Below, piece by piece: positions 1 to 8,868 of a stretch of 36,646 nucleotides of DNA; the stretch's first letter is position 1; each line of letters starts with the position of its first letter. Under the pieces are notes generated by a model. It was not told the origin of the DNA. It ran no database searches and was given only the letters and a program-made list of their open reading frames with translations. A program made the translations under genes and the position numbers. Origin of the DNA: a virus (lineage: Duplodnaviria; Heunggongvirae; Uroviricota; Caudoviricetes); the IMG/VR virus record IMGVR_UViG_2548876701_000024; one strand, written 5' to 3'.

Positions 1-1053
1 TTACGGGGTAATGCCAACCGCTGCCGCCACTTTGTCGCCACTTGGCAGCGTTGCCAGAGGATTGAAACGGAGCGCCGTTTCCAGATGATCCGGTGCCAGA
101 TGTGCGTAACGCATAGTCATTTTTATATCGTGGTGTCCGAGAATTTTTTGTAAGGCCAGAATGTTTCCACCCGACATCATGAAGTGCGCCGCAAACGTAT
201 GGCGCAGAACGTGTGTGAGTTGACCGCGAGGGAGCACGATAGACGTTTTTTCCATCACGGATAAAAATTGAAAATAGCAGTCTGTGAAGAAATTGAACCC
301 ATCAAGCGCCATGATCTCTTCGTAAAGCTCTTTACTGATAGGGATGCTTCTGTTTTTCTTCCCCTTCGTTCTGACAAAGGTAATTCGGTATTTGGTCACC
401 TGTGAGCGGGTAAGATTTACGGCTTCACGCCAGCGTGCGCCTGTGCTTAAGCATATCTTAACTACCAGTGCCAGAATTGGGTCCTGACGTTTGCAATCAG
501 CCAGCAATTCAACAATCTGCTCATGGGTAAGCCATGCCATCTCTTTTTCTGCGATGGTGAATTTTCGCATGTTCTCCAGTGGGTTCGGATACGACCATTC
601 GCCCAGACGGGATAGTTCGCTAAAAACACTACTTAGATAGCTTTGCTCCAGGTTAATGGTGACCGGGCTTGCTCCTTTCTTCCATTTCTCGCTGAAGTAG
701 ATCTCGCCTGTCAGGCGTTTATCTCGATAGTGGGCAAACATTTTAGAGGTGAGATCGGTTGCAAGAGGATTGCCTAGAGCGTCAACCATCAGCAGCAATT
801 TGTCATAGACATGCTGTCCAGCAGTCAGAGATTTACCATGTAGTTTGAACCATAGCTCAACCACGTCTTTCAGGGTTCGACGATCCACTGATTCGCCCAG
901 CCAGGGCTTTGATTCGGTTTCTTCCATCGTGTGGCGCTCAAAAGCCAGAGCTTCGCCTTTGGTGGCGAATTGTTTACGCACACGACGCCCACTTCGTCCG
1001 GCGGGGTAACATTCGCAAAGCCATTTCCCTGTGGTGAGTTTTCGTACTGCCAT
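1..1053 (-). CDS. int: Tyrosine integrase, P2/186 family
   Basis: ORF translation has tyrosine-recombinase C-terminal motifs (ARW.EA, HVLRHTFA, MRYAHL); start taken at the internal ATG (1051..1053) preceded by GGAGGG, where the protein begins MAVRKLTTG like P2 Int; stop at 1..3. Confidence 0.9.
   Translation of the reverse strand: MAVRKLTTGKWLCECYPAGRSGRRVRKQFATKGEALAFERHTMEETESKPWLGESVDRRTLKDVVELWFKLHGKSLTAGQHVYDKLLLMVDALGNPLATDLTSKMFAHYRDKRLTGEIYFSEKWKKGASPVTINLEQSYLSSVFSELSRLGEWSYPNPLENMRKFTIAEKEMAWLTHEQIVELLADCKRQDPILALVVKICLSTGARWREAVNLTRSQVTKYRITFVRTKGKKNRSIPISKELYEEIMALDGFNFFTDCYFQFLSVMEKTSIVLPRGQLTHVLRHTFAAHFMMSGGNILALQKILGHHDIKMTMRYAHLAPDHLETALRFNPLATLPSGDKVAAAVGITP
19..40. repeat. 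attL core candidate (CGCTGCCGCCACTTTGTCGCCA)
   Basis: 22-bp sequence repeated with one mismatch at 33792..33813; lies inside the 3' end of int, as expected for an att core next to the integrase. Confidence 0.6.
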
Positions 1054-1241
1054 AAAAAATGCCCTCCAGTAGAGAGCATTTTTACTGTATGTATAACCAG
1101 TGTCAATGTATGAAATCCTACGACCATACATCTCACTGAAGCCATAATGAAGTTGGCTATTCTTTTTGCTATGTGAGCATGTAACTTTTGCGGTTAACCT
1201 GCGGCTCATTTTTATTTTAGACGCAGATATAAAAACAAAAG

Positions 1242-1433
1242 TTATCGTGAGTTTTTAGTACAGATTTTTTTTGATTTACTAATAGTTCCATCATTGCAAA
1301 CGAATTTGCCATCTGAGGTACAGTGAGAAACACCTCCCTTTTTCCCTGAGCAGGGATAATTTCTAGCATAGGTAGTTAGTGGGTTTAATAACAAAGAACA
1401 TGACAAAATCACAAAAAATACCTTACCAAGCAT
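1242..1433 (-). CDS. Small exported or lipoprotein-like Cys-rich protein (63 aa), probable moron
   Basis: ATG with GGGAGG Shine-Dalgarno; N-terminal hydrophobic signal ([12 protein letters not shown]) followed by a 4-Cys mature region; AT-rich; sits between cI and int on the lysogenic strand. Confidence 0.5.
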   Translation of the reverse strand: MLGKVFFVILSCSLLLNPLTTYARNYPCSGKKGGVSHCTSDGKFVCNDGTISKSKKICTKNSR

Positions 1434-1448
1434 AGTTTCCTCCCGGTA

Positions 1449-2018
1449 CTATTTAACATACTTGACTGTTAAACTTATAATTTTACCAATTATTTCAATG
1501 TCTTCTATCTTGCATTCGAAGGCTCTGTTTCCACCCTCGACGAAGATTCTTCCACCGGGTAAACGAGTAATGTCACGGATCGTTATTTCGCCATCAATAC
1601 TTATTACCCATTTACCATCACGTATATCATCAAATTCTTTATCACAAATAAATTCAGAATTGTTATCTGTGATGACAAAAGGTTTTTTAAACGTAGAGGG
1701 TAGAAATCCCTTATCAAAAATATAAAAACCGTCTTTCTGCAATGCTCCATCAGACAATAAATATTTTTCTACTTCTATAGTATTTGTATTTGCTGATGCT
1801 TGCTTTGAACCATGCCCTGTTGTTAGCCAATTAAGCGAGGTGCCCGTTTCAAGGGCGCACTGGATTACCCAATCTGCTGGAAAAATATCACGCATATAGC
1901 GCGTTGCCATGGTGCTCTTAGAAACACCTAAATGATCACAGAGAGCCTGACGAGTACCGAACCCATATGCTTCAACTAAACGTTCTATGGCTTTCTTACC
2001 GCCGCTATTGAAATCCAC
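1449..2018 (-). CDS. cI: Phage 186 CI-like immunity repressor
   Basis: HTH-like N-terminal region; lysogenic-strand position upstream of int; start placed at in-frame GTG (2016..2018) after GGAGGA, giving 189 aa; the longest ORF would run to 2105 but would cover the predicted pR promoter. Confidence 0.7.
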   Translation of the reverse strand: MDFNSGGKKAIERLVEAYGFGTRQALCDHLGVSKSTMATRYMRDIFPADWVIQCALETGTSLNWLTTGHGSKQASANTNTIEVEKYLLSDGALQKDGFYIFDKGFLPSTFKKPFVITDNNSEFICDKEFDDIRDGKWVISIDGEITIRDITRLPGGRIFVEGGNRAFECKIEDIEIIGKIISLTVKYVK

Positions 2019-2045
2019 AAGTCCTCCAAAGAAATCCAAAATTCG

Positions 2046-2074
2046 TTGACAGATTCCAAAAGCGATCTTAAAGT
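2046..2074 (+). promoter_or_regulatory. Candidate rightward lytic promoter pR (TTGACA-17-TAAAGT)
   Basis: Consensus -35 hexamer and 17-bp spacer read directly from sequence, upstream of apl; position fits the 186-type switch. Confidence 0.35.
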
Positions 2075-2163
2075 TGAACCAGAAGTGTTCTTTTGGAGCC
2101 TTCACTACTAATCACGACAAACAACGGCTCGCCACAAGCCATATCTAGAAGGAATGTTGCCTT

Positions 2164-2367
2164 ATGACACCTAACATTTCAATTACTCTGAATACACCAC
2201 ATGTCACAATCGAACGTTATAGCGAACTGACTGGCCTTTCTATTGATACGATTAACGACATGTTGGCTGATGGCCGACTACCTCGTCATCGTCTTCGTAA
2301 AGACAAAAAACGTGAAAAGGTAATGATTAACCTGGCTGCTCTGACTGTTGATGCTTTGTCTGCTTAA
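2164..2367 (+). CDS. apl: Apl/Cox-like excisionase and switch regulator
   Basis: 67-aa basic HTH protein, first gene of the rightward operon divergent from cI. Confidence 0.7.
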   Translation: MTPNISITLNTPHVTIERYSELTGLSIDTINDMLADGRLPRHRLRKDKKREKVMINLAALTVDALSA

Positions 2368-2431
2368 TAGACGTCTATTTTCGCAATAAGACGCTGAGTT
2401 CGATTTTGCGATAAGTTCGGAGTTGAAAACC

Positions 2432-2941
2432 ATGTTTGATTACCAAGTTTCCAAACATCCACATTTTGATGAAGCCTGTCGTGCATTCGCACTGCGCCAC
2501 AATCTGGTGCAACTGGCAGAACGTGCGGGCATGAATGTGCAGATTCTGCGGAACAAGCTGAACCCAGCTCAACCTCATTTATTAACCGCACCAGAAATCT
2601 GGCTGCTTACCGATCTGACTGAAGATTCAACGTTGGTAGATGGTTTTCTGGCACAGATTCATTGTCTGCCATGTGTACCGATTAATGAGGTAGCAAAAGA
2701 GAAACTGCCACATTACGTCATGAGTGCAACCGCAGAGATCGGGCGTGTTGCTGCAGGTGCGGTATCTGGCGATGTAAACACCAGTGCAGGTCGTCGTGAT
2801 GCTATCAGCAGCATTAACTCTGTAACACGACTGATGGCGCTGGCGGCTGTTTCATTGCAGGCCCGTTTACAGGCTAATCCTGCGATGGCGAGTGCAGTTG
2901 ATACCGTGACTGGCCTCGGTGCTTCATTCGGTTTGCTGTGA
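2432..2941 (+). CDS. cII: CII-like lysogeny establishment activator (186 CII family)
   Basis: Protein begins [19 protein letters not shown], matching my recollection of 186 CII; 169 aa from the ATG at 2432 (the listed ORF begins at an upstream TTG). Confidence 0.8.
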   Translation: MFDYQVSKHPHFDEACRAFALRHNLVQLAERAGMNVQILRNKLNPAQPHLLTAPEIWLLTDLTEDSTLVDGFLAQIHCLPCVPINEVAKEKLPHYVMSATAEIGRVAAGAVSGDVNTSAGRRDAISSINSVTRLMALAAVSLQARLQANPAMASAVDTVTGLGASFGLL

Positions 2942-2948
2942 GGTGCTT

Positions 2949-3245
2949 ATGCTGACGAAAGAACCATCATTTGCATCGCTGCTGGTAAAACAAAGCCCGG
3001 CAATGCACTACGGTCACGGCTGGATCATGGGTGAGGATGGTAAACGCTGGCATCCGTGCCGTTCACAAGATGAATTGCTGTCTGAATTGACCACGGGGAA
3101 ACGGAGAAAGTCAAAATGTATGCAGCGGAAAGTGAAGTGGTTTATCAGTTTCGTTACAGAGGGGAGAGTTATTCAGTACCTGAAGATGATTTGCTCTGTT
3201 GTTATCCGTCGTTGTCGGGCGATGGCAGTTACTTTTTCACGCTAA
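2949..3245 (+). CDS. Hypothetical early protein; 3' part overlaps next ORF and may be out of frame
   Basis: ATG at 2949; N-terminal ~55 aa look protein-like; distal part overlaps 3116..3340 in another frame. Confidence 0.35.
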   Translation: MLTKEPSFASLLVKQSPAMHYGHGWIMGEDGKRWHPCRSQDELLSELTTGKRRKSKCMQRKVKWFISFVTEGRVIQYLKMICSVVIRRCRAMAVTFSR

Positions 3246-3340
3246 AGGATGGGACGTTTTTACGGGGAGAGCAGGTTAAAGAGACGATACGAAAAAATGT
3301 ATCTCCTCTTGAACGTTACCGTAAGAACAAAGAACGATAG
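3116..3340 (+). CDS. Hypothetical early protein (74 aa)
   Basis: ATG preceded by GGAGAAAG; compositionally normal translation. Confidence 0.5.
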   Translation: MYAAESEVVYQFRYRGESYSVPEDDLLCCYPSLSGDGSYFFTLKDGTFLRGEQVKETIRKNVSPLERYRKNKER

Positions 3341-3362
3341 TTGCGTTTTGGGGATATGAATT

Positions 3363-3704
3363 ATGGCAATTAATGGCGCTGCGGCGACTGTTCCATTAAG
3401 CCCCGGTGAACGCCTGAATGGACTTAATCACATTGCGGAGTTAAGGGCGAAAGTTTTTGGCCTGAATATTGAGTCAGAGCTTGAGCGGTTTATTAAAGAT
3501 ATGCGTGATCCACGGGATATCAATAGCGAACAAAATAAACGGGCACTGGCTGCCATATTCTTTATGGCAAAAATTCCAGCTGAACGTCATAGCATCAGCA
3601 TTAATGAGCTGACCACTGACGAAAAGCGGGAGTTGATTAAAGCAATGAATCATTTTCGTGCAGTGGTGAGCTTATTTCCCAGACGGCTAACCATGCCGAA
3701 TTAA
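3363..3704 (+). CDS. Hypothetical phage early protein (113 aa)
   Basis: ORF in early operon; no recognisable motif. Confidence 0.55.
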   Translation: MAINGAAATVPLSPGERLNGLNHIAELRAKVFGLNIESELERFIKDMRDPRDINSEQNKRALAAIFFMAKIPAERHSISINELTTDEKRELIKAMNHFRAVVSLFPRRLTMPN

Positions 3705-3771
3705 CCAGCTAATGAAATTAATGGCGTAAACCCGCCGGGCATCCCTTTATCTAAATTCAGGAGAATTGATT

Positions 3772-4005
3772 ATGCGTAATATTGAAACCCTCACGACTAA
3801 AACCGGACCGGATGACGCAGGGCTTAATATTTTACTGACAGAGGCTCGTCTGGAAGAACGCCGGGCAAGGGCTGAAGCAATGGCTGCCCGCCTTGATAGT
3901 CTTGCGTGTCATATCACATCCCGCCAGCTAAACCACGTCGAAGCGGCAGAACTGCTGCGTGTGACCGCTGAAGCAATCCAGAACGAAGCGAAGGAGATCC
4001 ACTAA
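3772..4005 (+). CDS. Hypothetical phage early protein (77 aa)
   Basis: ATG at 3772 with CAGGAGA Shine-Dalgarno; stop overlaps next start (TAATG). Confidence 0.6.
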   Translation: MRNIETLTTKTGPDDAGLNILLTEARLEERRARAEAMAARLDSLACHITSRQLNHVEAAELLRVTAEAIQNEAKEIH

Positions 4006-4232
4006 TGGCTGATGCAATGGATCTCGTACAGCAGCGCGTTGAAGAAGAACGCCAGCGCCATATCCGTGCTGCCCGTGCCAAAACACCGGGCGTGTCTCGC
4101 GTGCTTTGCATTGAATGTGAAGCGCCAATTCCGCCAGCACGCCGCCGCGCCATTCCAGGAGTGCAGCTTTGCATTACCTGTCAGGAAATCGCAGAGCTGA
4201 AAGGCAAACATTACAACGGAGGTGCTGTATGA
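4005..4232 (+). CDS. TraR/DksA-family C4 zinc-finger protein
   Basis: CxxC...CxxC motif (CIECEA...CITCQ) in a 75-aa protein; typical position in the P2-like early operon. Confidence 0.75.
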   Translation: MADAMDLVQQRVEEERQRHIRAARAKTPGVSRVLCIECEAPIPPARRRAIPGVQLCITCQEIAELKGKHYNGGAV

Positions 4233-4531
4233 CAGGGGCTGTGCGTATCCATCAATTAAAAATTGCACCTAAGTATTTCAACGCTGTGGTTGCAGGTCAA
4301 AAGACGGCTGAACTTCGTAAAGACGATCGTGGCTATAAAGTTGGTGATGTTCTTTCTCTTTGCGAATGGAAGCATGGCGTATTTACGGGTAGGGAATGGG
4401 CCGCGGTTATCTCTCATGTGCTTCCGGTTAATGACGTCATGGCAGTTTCAGAACAATGGGTGATGCTATCAATTCGCTCATTAACCCCATTAGAAGCTTT
4501 AGGATATGTTATTGCAGGAGGTGCTGTATGA
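4229..4531 (+). CDS. Hypothetical early protein (100 aa), possibly ASCH/DUF3850-like
   Basis: ATG overlaps upstream stop (ATGA) with GGAGGTG Shine-Dalgarno. Confidence 0.55.
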   Translation: MTGAVRIHQLKIAPKYFNAVVAGQKTAELRKDDRGYKVGDVLSLCEWKHGVFTGREWAAVISHVLPVNDVMAVSEQWVMLSIRSLTPLEALGYVIAGGAV

Positions 4532-5385
4532 GCACCATCCTGAAATGGGCGGGTAATAAAACCACCATTATGTCCGAACTGAAAAAATACCTTCCTGCTG
4601 GCACGCGACTGGTTGAACCTTTCGCGGGTTCTTGTGCTGTGATGATGGAGACGGATTACCCCAGCTATCTGGTTGCGGATATTAATCCTGATTTAATCAA
4701 CCTCTATAAAAAGGTTGCTGCTGATTGTGAGGCGTTTATATCTCGTGCCAGAGCTTTATTTGAGGAAGCAAACAGAGAGGTGGCTTATTACAACATAAGG
4801 CAGGAGTTTAATTACTCCACTGAAATTACTGATTTCATGAAAGCGGTATATTTTTTGTACCTCAATCGTCATGGTTACCGTGGGCTATGTCGCTATAACA
4901 AGAGCGGGTATTTCAACATTCCCTACGGTAATTATAAAAATCCGTATTTCCCTGAAAAAGAAATTCGCGCATTTGCAGAGAAAGCCCAGCGGGCAACGTT
5001 TATCTGCGCCAGCTTTGATGAAACGCTGGCGATGTTGAAGGCGGGGGATGTGGTGTATTGCGATCCGCCTTATGACGGTACGTTTTCCGGCTATCACACT
5101 GATGGCTTCACTGAAGATGACCAGTATCACCTGGCATCCGTTCTTGAACATCGATCATCTGAAGGTCATCCGGTCATTGTTTCTAACAGTGACACATCCC
5201 TGATCCGTTCGCTGTATCGCAATTTTACTCACCACTACATCAAGGCAAAACGCAGCATCGGCGTGGCAGCTGGTGAGAGTAAATCTGCAACAGAAATCAT
5301 CGCTGTTTCCGGGCCGCGCTGCTGGGTAGGATTTGAACCTTCGCGTGGCGTGGATTGTTCCGTCGTGTACGGAGTGCGTGCATGA
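4528..5385 (+). CDS. dam: DNA adenine methyltransferase (Dam-like, N6-adenine MTase)
   Basis: DPPY catalytic motif ([10 protein letters not shown]) and N-terminal AdoMet-binding region (LKWAGNK...EPFAGS). Confidence 0.85.
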   Translation: MSTILKWAGNKTTIMSELKKYLPAGTRLVEPFAGSCAVMMETDYPSYLVADINPDLINLYKKVAADCEAFISRARALFEEANREVAYYNIRQEFNYSTEITDFMKAVYFLYLNRHGYRGLCRYNKSGYFNIPYGNYKNPYFPEKEIRAFAEKAQRATFICASFDETLAMLKAGDVVYCDPPYDGTFSGYHTDGFTEDDQYHLASVLEHRSSEGHPVIVSNSDTSLIRSLYRNFTHHYIKAKRSIGVAAGESKSATEIIAVSGPRCWVGFEPSRGVDCSVVYGVRA

Positions 5386-7796
5386 GCCATGCTGATATGA
5401 ACAACTGCAGCGGCTTTAACGAGGTCGCCGCAGCATTCTCATGGAACAGCCCGAAAAAGGCCATTAACCCTTATCTGGACCCGGCGGAAGTTGCGCCGGT
5501 TTCTGCGCTTTCAAACCTGATCACTCTGTACGCTGCCGATAACGAGCAGGAACAACTGCGCCGCGAGGCACTGAGTGATCAGGTCTGGGAGCGTTATTTC
5601 TTTAATGAATCCCGTGATCCTGTCCAGCGCGAAATGGAGCAGGATAAGCTAATTAGCCGGGCAAAGCTGGCGCATGAGCAGCAGCGTTTTAATCCAGACA
5701 TGGCCATTCTGGCGGACGTCAACGCCCAGCCTTCCCATATCAGCAAGCCGCTGATGCAACGTATTAAATACTTCAGCAGCCTGGGCAGGCCAAAGGCTTA
5801 TTCCCGCTATTTGCGTGAGACGATTAAGCCATGCTTGGAACGACTGGAGCATGTACGCGACAGTCAGCTATCCACTTCTTTTCGCTTTATGGCAAGCCAT
5901 GAAGGGCTGGACGGCCTGCTGATCCTGCCTGAAATGAGTCAGGATCAGGTGAAACGCCTGTCCACCTTGGTAGCTGCGCATATGAGCATGTGCCTTGATA
6001 CAGCTTGTGGCGATTTGTATGCCACCGATGATGTTACGCCAGAAGAAATCCGCAAGACATGGGAAAAGGTGGCAGCGGAAACCCTGCGTCTGGATGTTAT
6101 CCCGCCTGCGTTTGAGCAACTCCGTCGGAAAAGAAACCGCCGTAAACCCGTGCCTTATGAACTCATTCCGGGTTCGCTGGCGCGTATGTTATGCGCCGAC
6201 TGGTGGTATCGGAAATTATGGAAGATGCGTTGCGAATGGCGGGAAGAGCAGTTGCGTGCTGTTTGCCTGGTCAGCAAAAAAGCATCTCCCTATGTCAGCT
6301 ATGAAGCCGTGATGCATAAACGTGAGCAGCGCCGTAAGTCGCTGGAGTTTTTCCGTTCTCATGAACTGGTGAACGAAGACGGCGACACGCTGGATATGGA
6401 AGACGTGGTAAACGCCAGCAGCAGCAACCCTGCGCATCGCCGCAATGAGATGATGGCCTGTGTTAAAGGTCTGGAGCTTATCGCGGAAATGCGTGGTGAC
6501 TGCGCCGTTTTCTACACCATCACCTGTCCGTCACGTTTCCATTCCACGCTAAATAACGGCAGGCCCAACCCGACCTGGACAAATGCGACGGTAAGACAAA
6601 GCAGTGATTATCTGGTCGGTATGTTTGCTGCATTTCGTAAGGCGATGCACAAAGCCGGATTACGCTGGTATGGCGTGCGGGTGGCTGAGCCGCATCATGA
6701 CGGTACAGTTCACTGGCACCTGTTGTGTTTTATGCGCAAAAAAGATCGCCGCGCCATTACTGCTTTGTTGCGTAAGTTTGCCATTCGTGAAGACCGCGAG
6801 GAGCTGGGTAATAACACGGAACCACGCTTTAAGTCTGAGCTGATAAACCCGCGCAAAGGTACGCCAACAAGCTACATCGCGAAATACATCAGTAAGAACA
6901 TTGACGGGCGTGGTCTGGCTGGCGAGATCAGCAAGGAAACGGGTAAATCCCTGCGTGATAACGCCGAATACGTTAATGCCTGGGCGTCTCTGCATCGTGT
7001 TCAGCAATTCCGCTTCTTTGGCATTCCGGGGCGTCAGGCTTACCGTGAACTGCGATTGCTGGCTGGTCAGGCGGCAAGGCAACAGGGGGACAAAAAAGCA
7101 GGTGCGCCGGTACTGGATAACCCGCGCCTTGATGCCATCCTGGCTGCCGCTGATGCTGGCTGTTTTGCCACCTACATCATGAAGCAGGGCGGCGTACTGG
7201 TTCCCCGCAAATATCACCTCATCAGAACCGCTTATGAAATCAACGAAGAGCCGACCGCCTATGGCGATCACGGTATTCGTGTTTATGGCATCTGGTCACC
7301 CATTGCAGAGGGCAAGATCTGCACTCATGCGGTGAAGTGGAAAATGGTTCGTAAGGCCGTTGACATTCAGGAGGCGGCAGCCGACCAGGGCGCTTGCGCC
7401 CCTTGGACTCGTGGCAATAACTGTCCCCTTGCTGAAAATTTGTACCAACAAGGGAAAGACAAATCAGCTGATGGGGATACCAGAACGGATATCACCCGTA
7501 TGGATGACAAGGAGTTGCACGATTACCTGCACAGTATGAACAAAAAAGAGCGCCGGGAACTGGCTGTAAGGTTACGCCTGGTGAAACCGAAACGGCGTAG
7601 AGACTACAAACAGCGAATTACAGACCATCAACGACAGCAGCTCGTCTATGAACTGAAGTCCAGAGGATTTGATGGCAGCGAGAAAGAGGTCGATTTACTC
7701 CTTCGCGGCGGCAGCATTCCGTCAGGAGCAGGCCTGCGTATCTTCTATCGGAACCAGCGTTTGCAGGAAGATGATAAGTGGCGGAACCTGTATTAA
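5382..7796 (+). CDS. A: Replication initiation endonuclease gpA (rolling-circle, P2 A family)
   Basis: ~800-aa protein in the canonical position after the early operon; start ATG overlaps dam stop (ATGA); fits P2 gpA in size and placement. Confidence 0.85.
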   Translation: MSHADMNNCSGFNEVAAAFSWNSPKKAINPYLDPAEVAPVSALSNLITLYAADNEQEQLRREALSDQVWERYFFNESRDPVQREMEQDKLISRAKLAHEQQRFNPDMAILADVNAQPSHISKPLMQRIKYFSSLGRPKAYSRYLRETIKPCLERLEHVRDSQLSTSFRFMASHEGLDGLLILPEMSQDQVKRLSTLVAAHMSMCLDTACGDLYATDDVTPEEIRKTWEKVAAETLRLDVIPPAFEQLRRKRNRRKPVPYELIPGSLARMLCADWWYRKLWKMRCEWREEQLRAVCLVSKKASPYVSYEAVMHKREQRRKSLEFFRSHELVNEDGDTLDMEDVVNASSSNPAHRRNEMMACVKGLELIAEMRGDCAVFYTITCPSRFHSTLNNGRPNPTWTNATVRQSSDYLVGMFAAFRKAMHKAGLRWYGVRVAEPHHDGTVHWHLLCFMRKKDRRAITALLRKFAIREDREELGNNTEPRFKSELINPRKGTPTSYIAKYISKNIDGRGLAGEISKETGKSLRDNAEYVNAWASLHRVQQFRFFGIPGRQAYRELRLLAGQAARQQGDKKAGAPVLDNPRLDAILAAADAGCFATYIMKQGGVLVPRKYHLIRTAYEINEEPTAYGDHGIRVYGIWSPIAEGKICTHAVKWKMVRKAVDIQEAAADQGACAPWTRGNNCPLAENLYQQGKDKSADGDTRTDITRMDDKELHDYLHSMNKKERRELAVRLRLVKPKRRRDYKQRITDHQRQQLVYELKSRGFDGSEKEVDLLLRGGSIPSGAGLRIFYRNQRLQEDDKWRNLY

Positions 7797-7890
7797 TTAC
7801 GCGGGTTAACAATTCGTGCTCTTAATAATACCAGGCATATCAGGCTGATGAACGTAAAAAAACGTTTTACATCAGTAAGATTATTATATG

Positions 7891-7906
7891 CTGTAAATAT
7901 AAACAG
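7891..7906. promoter_or_regulatory. LexA (SOS) box CTGTAAATATAAACAG
   Basis: Perfect CTGT-N8-ACAG SOS-box consensus read directly from sequence, immediately upstream of the tum-like ORFs. Confidence 0.7.
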
Positions 7907-7949
7907 TGGTTATGCATGCAGTATTGCTTGTGGTGTCATAGGAGGAAAG

Positions 7950-8138
7950 ATGCAGGACTATTTTTTGGAGTCTTTGAAGCTCCAGCGCATTGATTTTTTT
8001 CTTAAGCTTGTAGCGGCTAGTGAGTGTAGTGATGAAGAGAAGGGGCTGGCCCTGCAGTGGGTTTCTGAACTAACAGATGAACTCATAGCAAAAATCAGAA
8101 GCCACGAATACAACCGCTCAATGGATGTCATCAGCTGA
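7950..8138 (+). CDS. Small protein, possible N-terminal part of Tum-like antirepressor
   Basis: ATG with AGGAGG Shine-Dalgarno just downstream of the LexA box; the longer listed ORF (from 7848) would span the LexA box and promoter. Confidence 0.5.
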   Translation: MQDYFLESLKLQRIDFFLKLVAASECSDEEKGLALQWVSELTDELIAKIRSHEYNRSMDVIS

Positions 8139-8148
8139 GGGGACTTTT

Positions 8149-8382
8149 ATGCGCATTGAAATAATGATCGATAAAGAGCAGAAGATTAGCCAGTCTACCT
8201 TGGACGCCCTTGAATCCGAGCTTTACCGCAATCTGCGCCCCCTGTATCCCAAAACGGTAATTCGTATCCGTAAAGGTAGCTCTAACGGTGTGGAACTAAC
8301 CGGATTGCAACTGGACGAAGAAAGAAAACAAGTGATGAAAATTATGCAGAAGGTGTGGGAAGACGACAGCTGGCTGCATTAA
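8149..8382 (+). CDS. DinI-family protein (Tum C-terminal-like, SOS-inducible)
   Basis: Begins MRIEIMIDK and ends ...KVWEDDSWLH, paralleling E. coli DinI (MRIEVTIAK...ETWESADDWF); under the LexA box. Confidence 0.75.
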   Translation: MRIEIMIDKEQKISQSTLDALESELYRNLRPLYPKTVIRIRKGSSNGVELTGLQLDEERKQVMKIMQKVWEDDSWLH

Positions 8383-8652
8383 GAAACGTTGCTGGCGTCT
8401 GAACTTGCTTCTGGCGTCAGCAAGGTTGAACAACGAGCTATGCGTGGCGTTAGTGTCAATTTGTTACCTTAACCACTATATATGCCAGGAAATTAACAGT
8501 TCTTAAGAAACCGCTTGCATGATCGAGCGCATTGAACTTAAGTTTAAGTAACGAAATCAACAGATGATATTGTTGTCTAAATTTTAAAGATAATCTGTTG
8601 AGGTTGTAGGCGTCGGAGTGTAGACTTCCGCGCCATGTGAAAAGGGGGAGTT

Positions 8653-8868
8653 ATGTCAAGCATCGCCGCATTTAGCCTGGGTAACCCAGTTGAACGTCTG
8701 GCAAGGGTTCTTAAAGAGAACCAGGACAAACTCAATCTTAGTAAAGATGGTTTTGTGTCCGTAGACTTGTCTAACAAAAGAGCAATGGATGCCATCAAGG
8801 CACAGATGGATAAGCTTGAAGGCATCAAAACGAGCACTGTAAAAGAGAAAACTAATAGAACCAGATAA
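8653..8868 (+). CDS. Hypothetical small hydrophilic protein (71 aa), first gene of a two-gene cargo operon
   Basis: ATG with AAGGGGGAG Shine-Dalgarno; stop overlaps start of next gene (TAATG). Confidence 0.55.
   Translation: MSSIAAFSLGNPVERLARVLKENQDKLNLSKDGFVSVDLSNKRAMDAIKAQMDKLEGIKTSTVKEKTNRTR

Noticed and set aside
1054-1209. N-terminal extension of integrase to 402 aa
   Set aside because: The P2-type Int N-terminus (MAVRKL…) begins at the internal ATG at 1053, which has a GGAGGG Shine-Dalgarno; the extension has no similarity to integrases.
6660-7271. 203-aa minus-strand ORF inside gpA, plus similar antisense ORFs inside P, N, M, H and T
   Set aside because: Fully embedded in well-supported genes on the opposite strand, without ribosome-binding sites or protein-like composition.
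7848-7949. Upstream extension of the first tum-like ORF
   Set aside because: It would be translated across the LexA box and the likely promoter; the ATG at 7950 with an AGGAGG Shine-Dalgarno is the more plausible start.
8383-8652. Possible hairpin or terminator and promoter elements in the tum to cargo-operon intergenic region
   Set aside because: Only imperfect inverted repeats and several equally weak -35/-10 candidates; I could not single out a convincing site.
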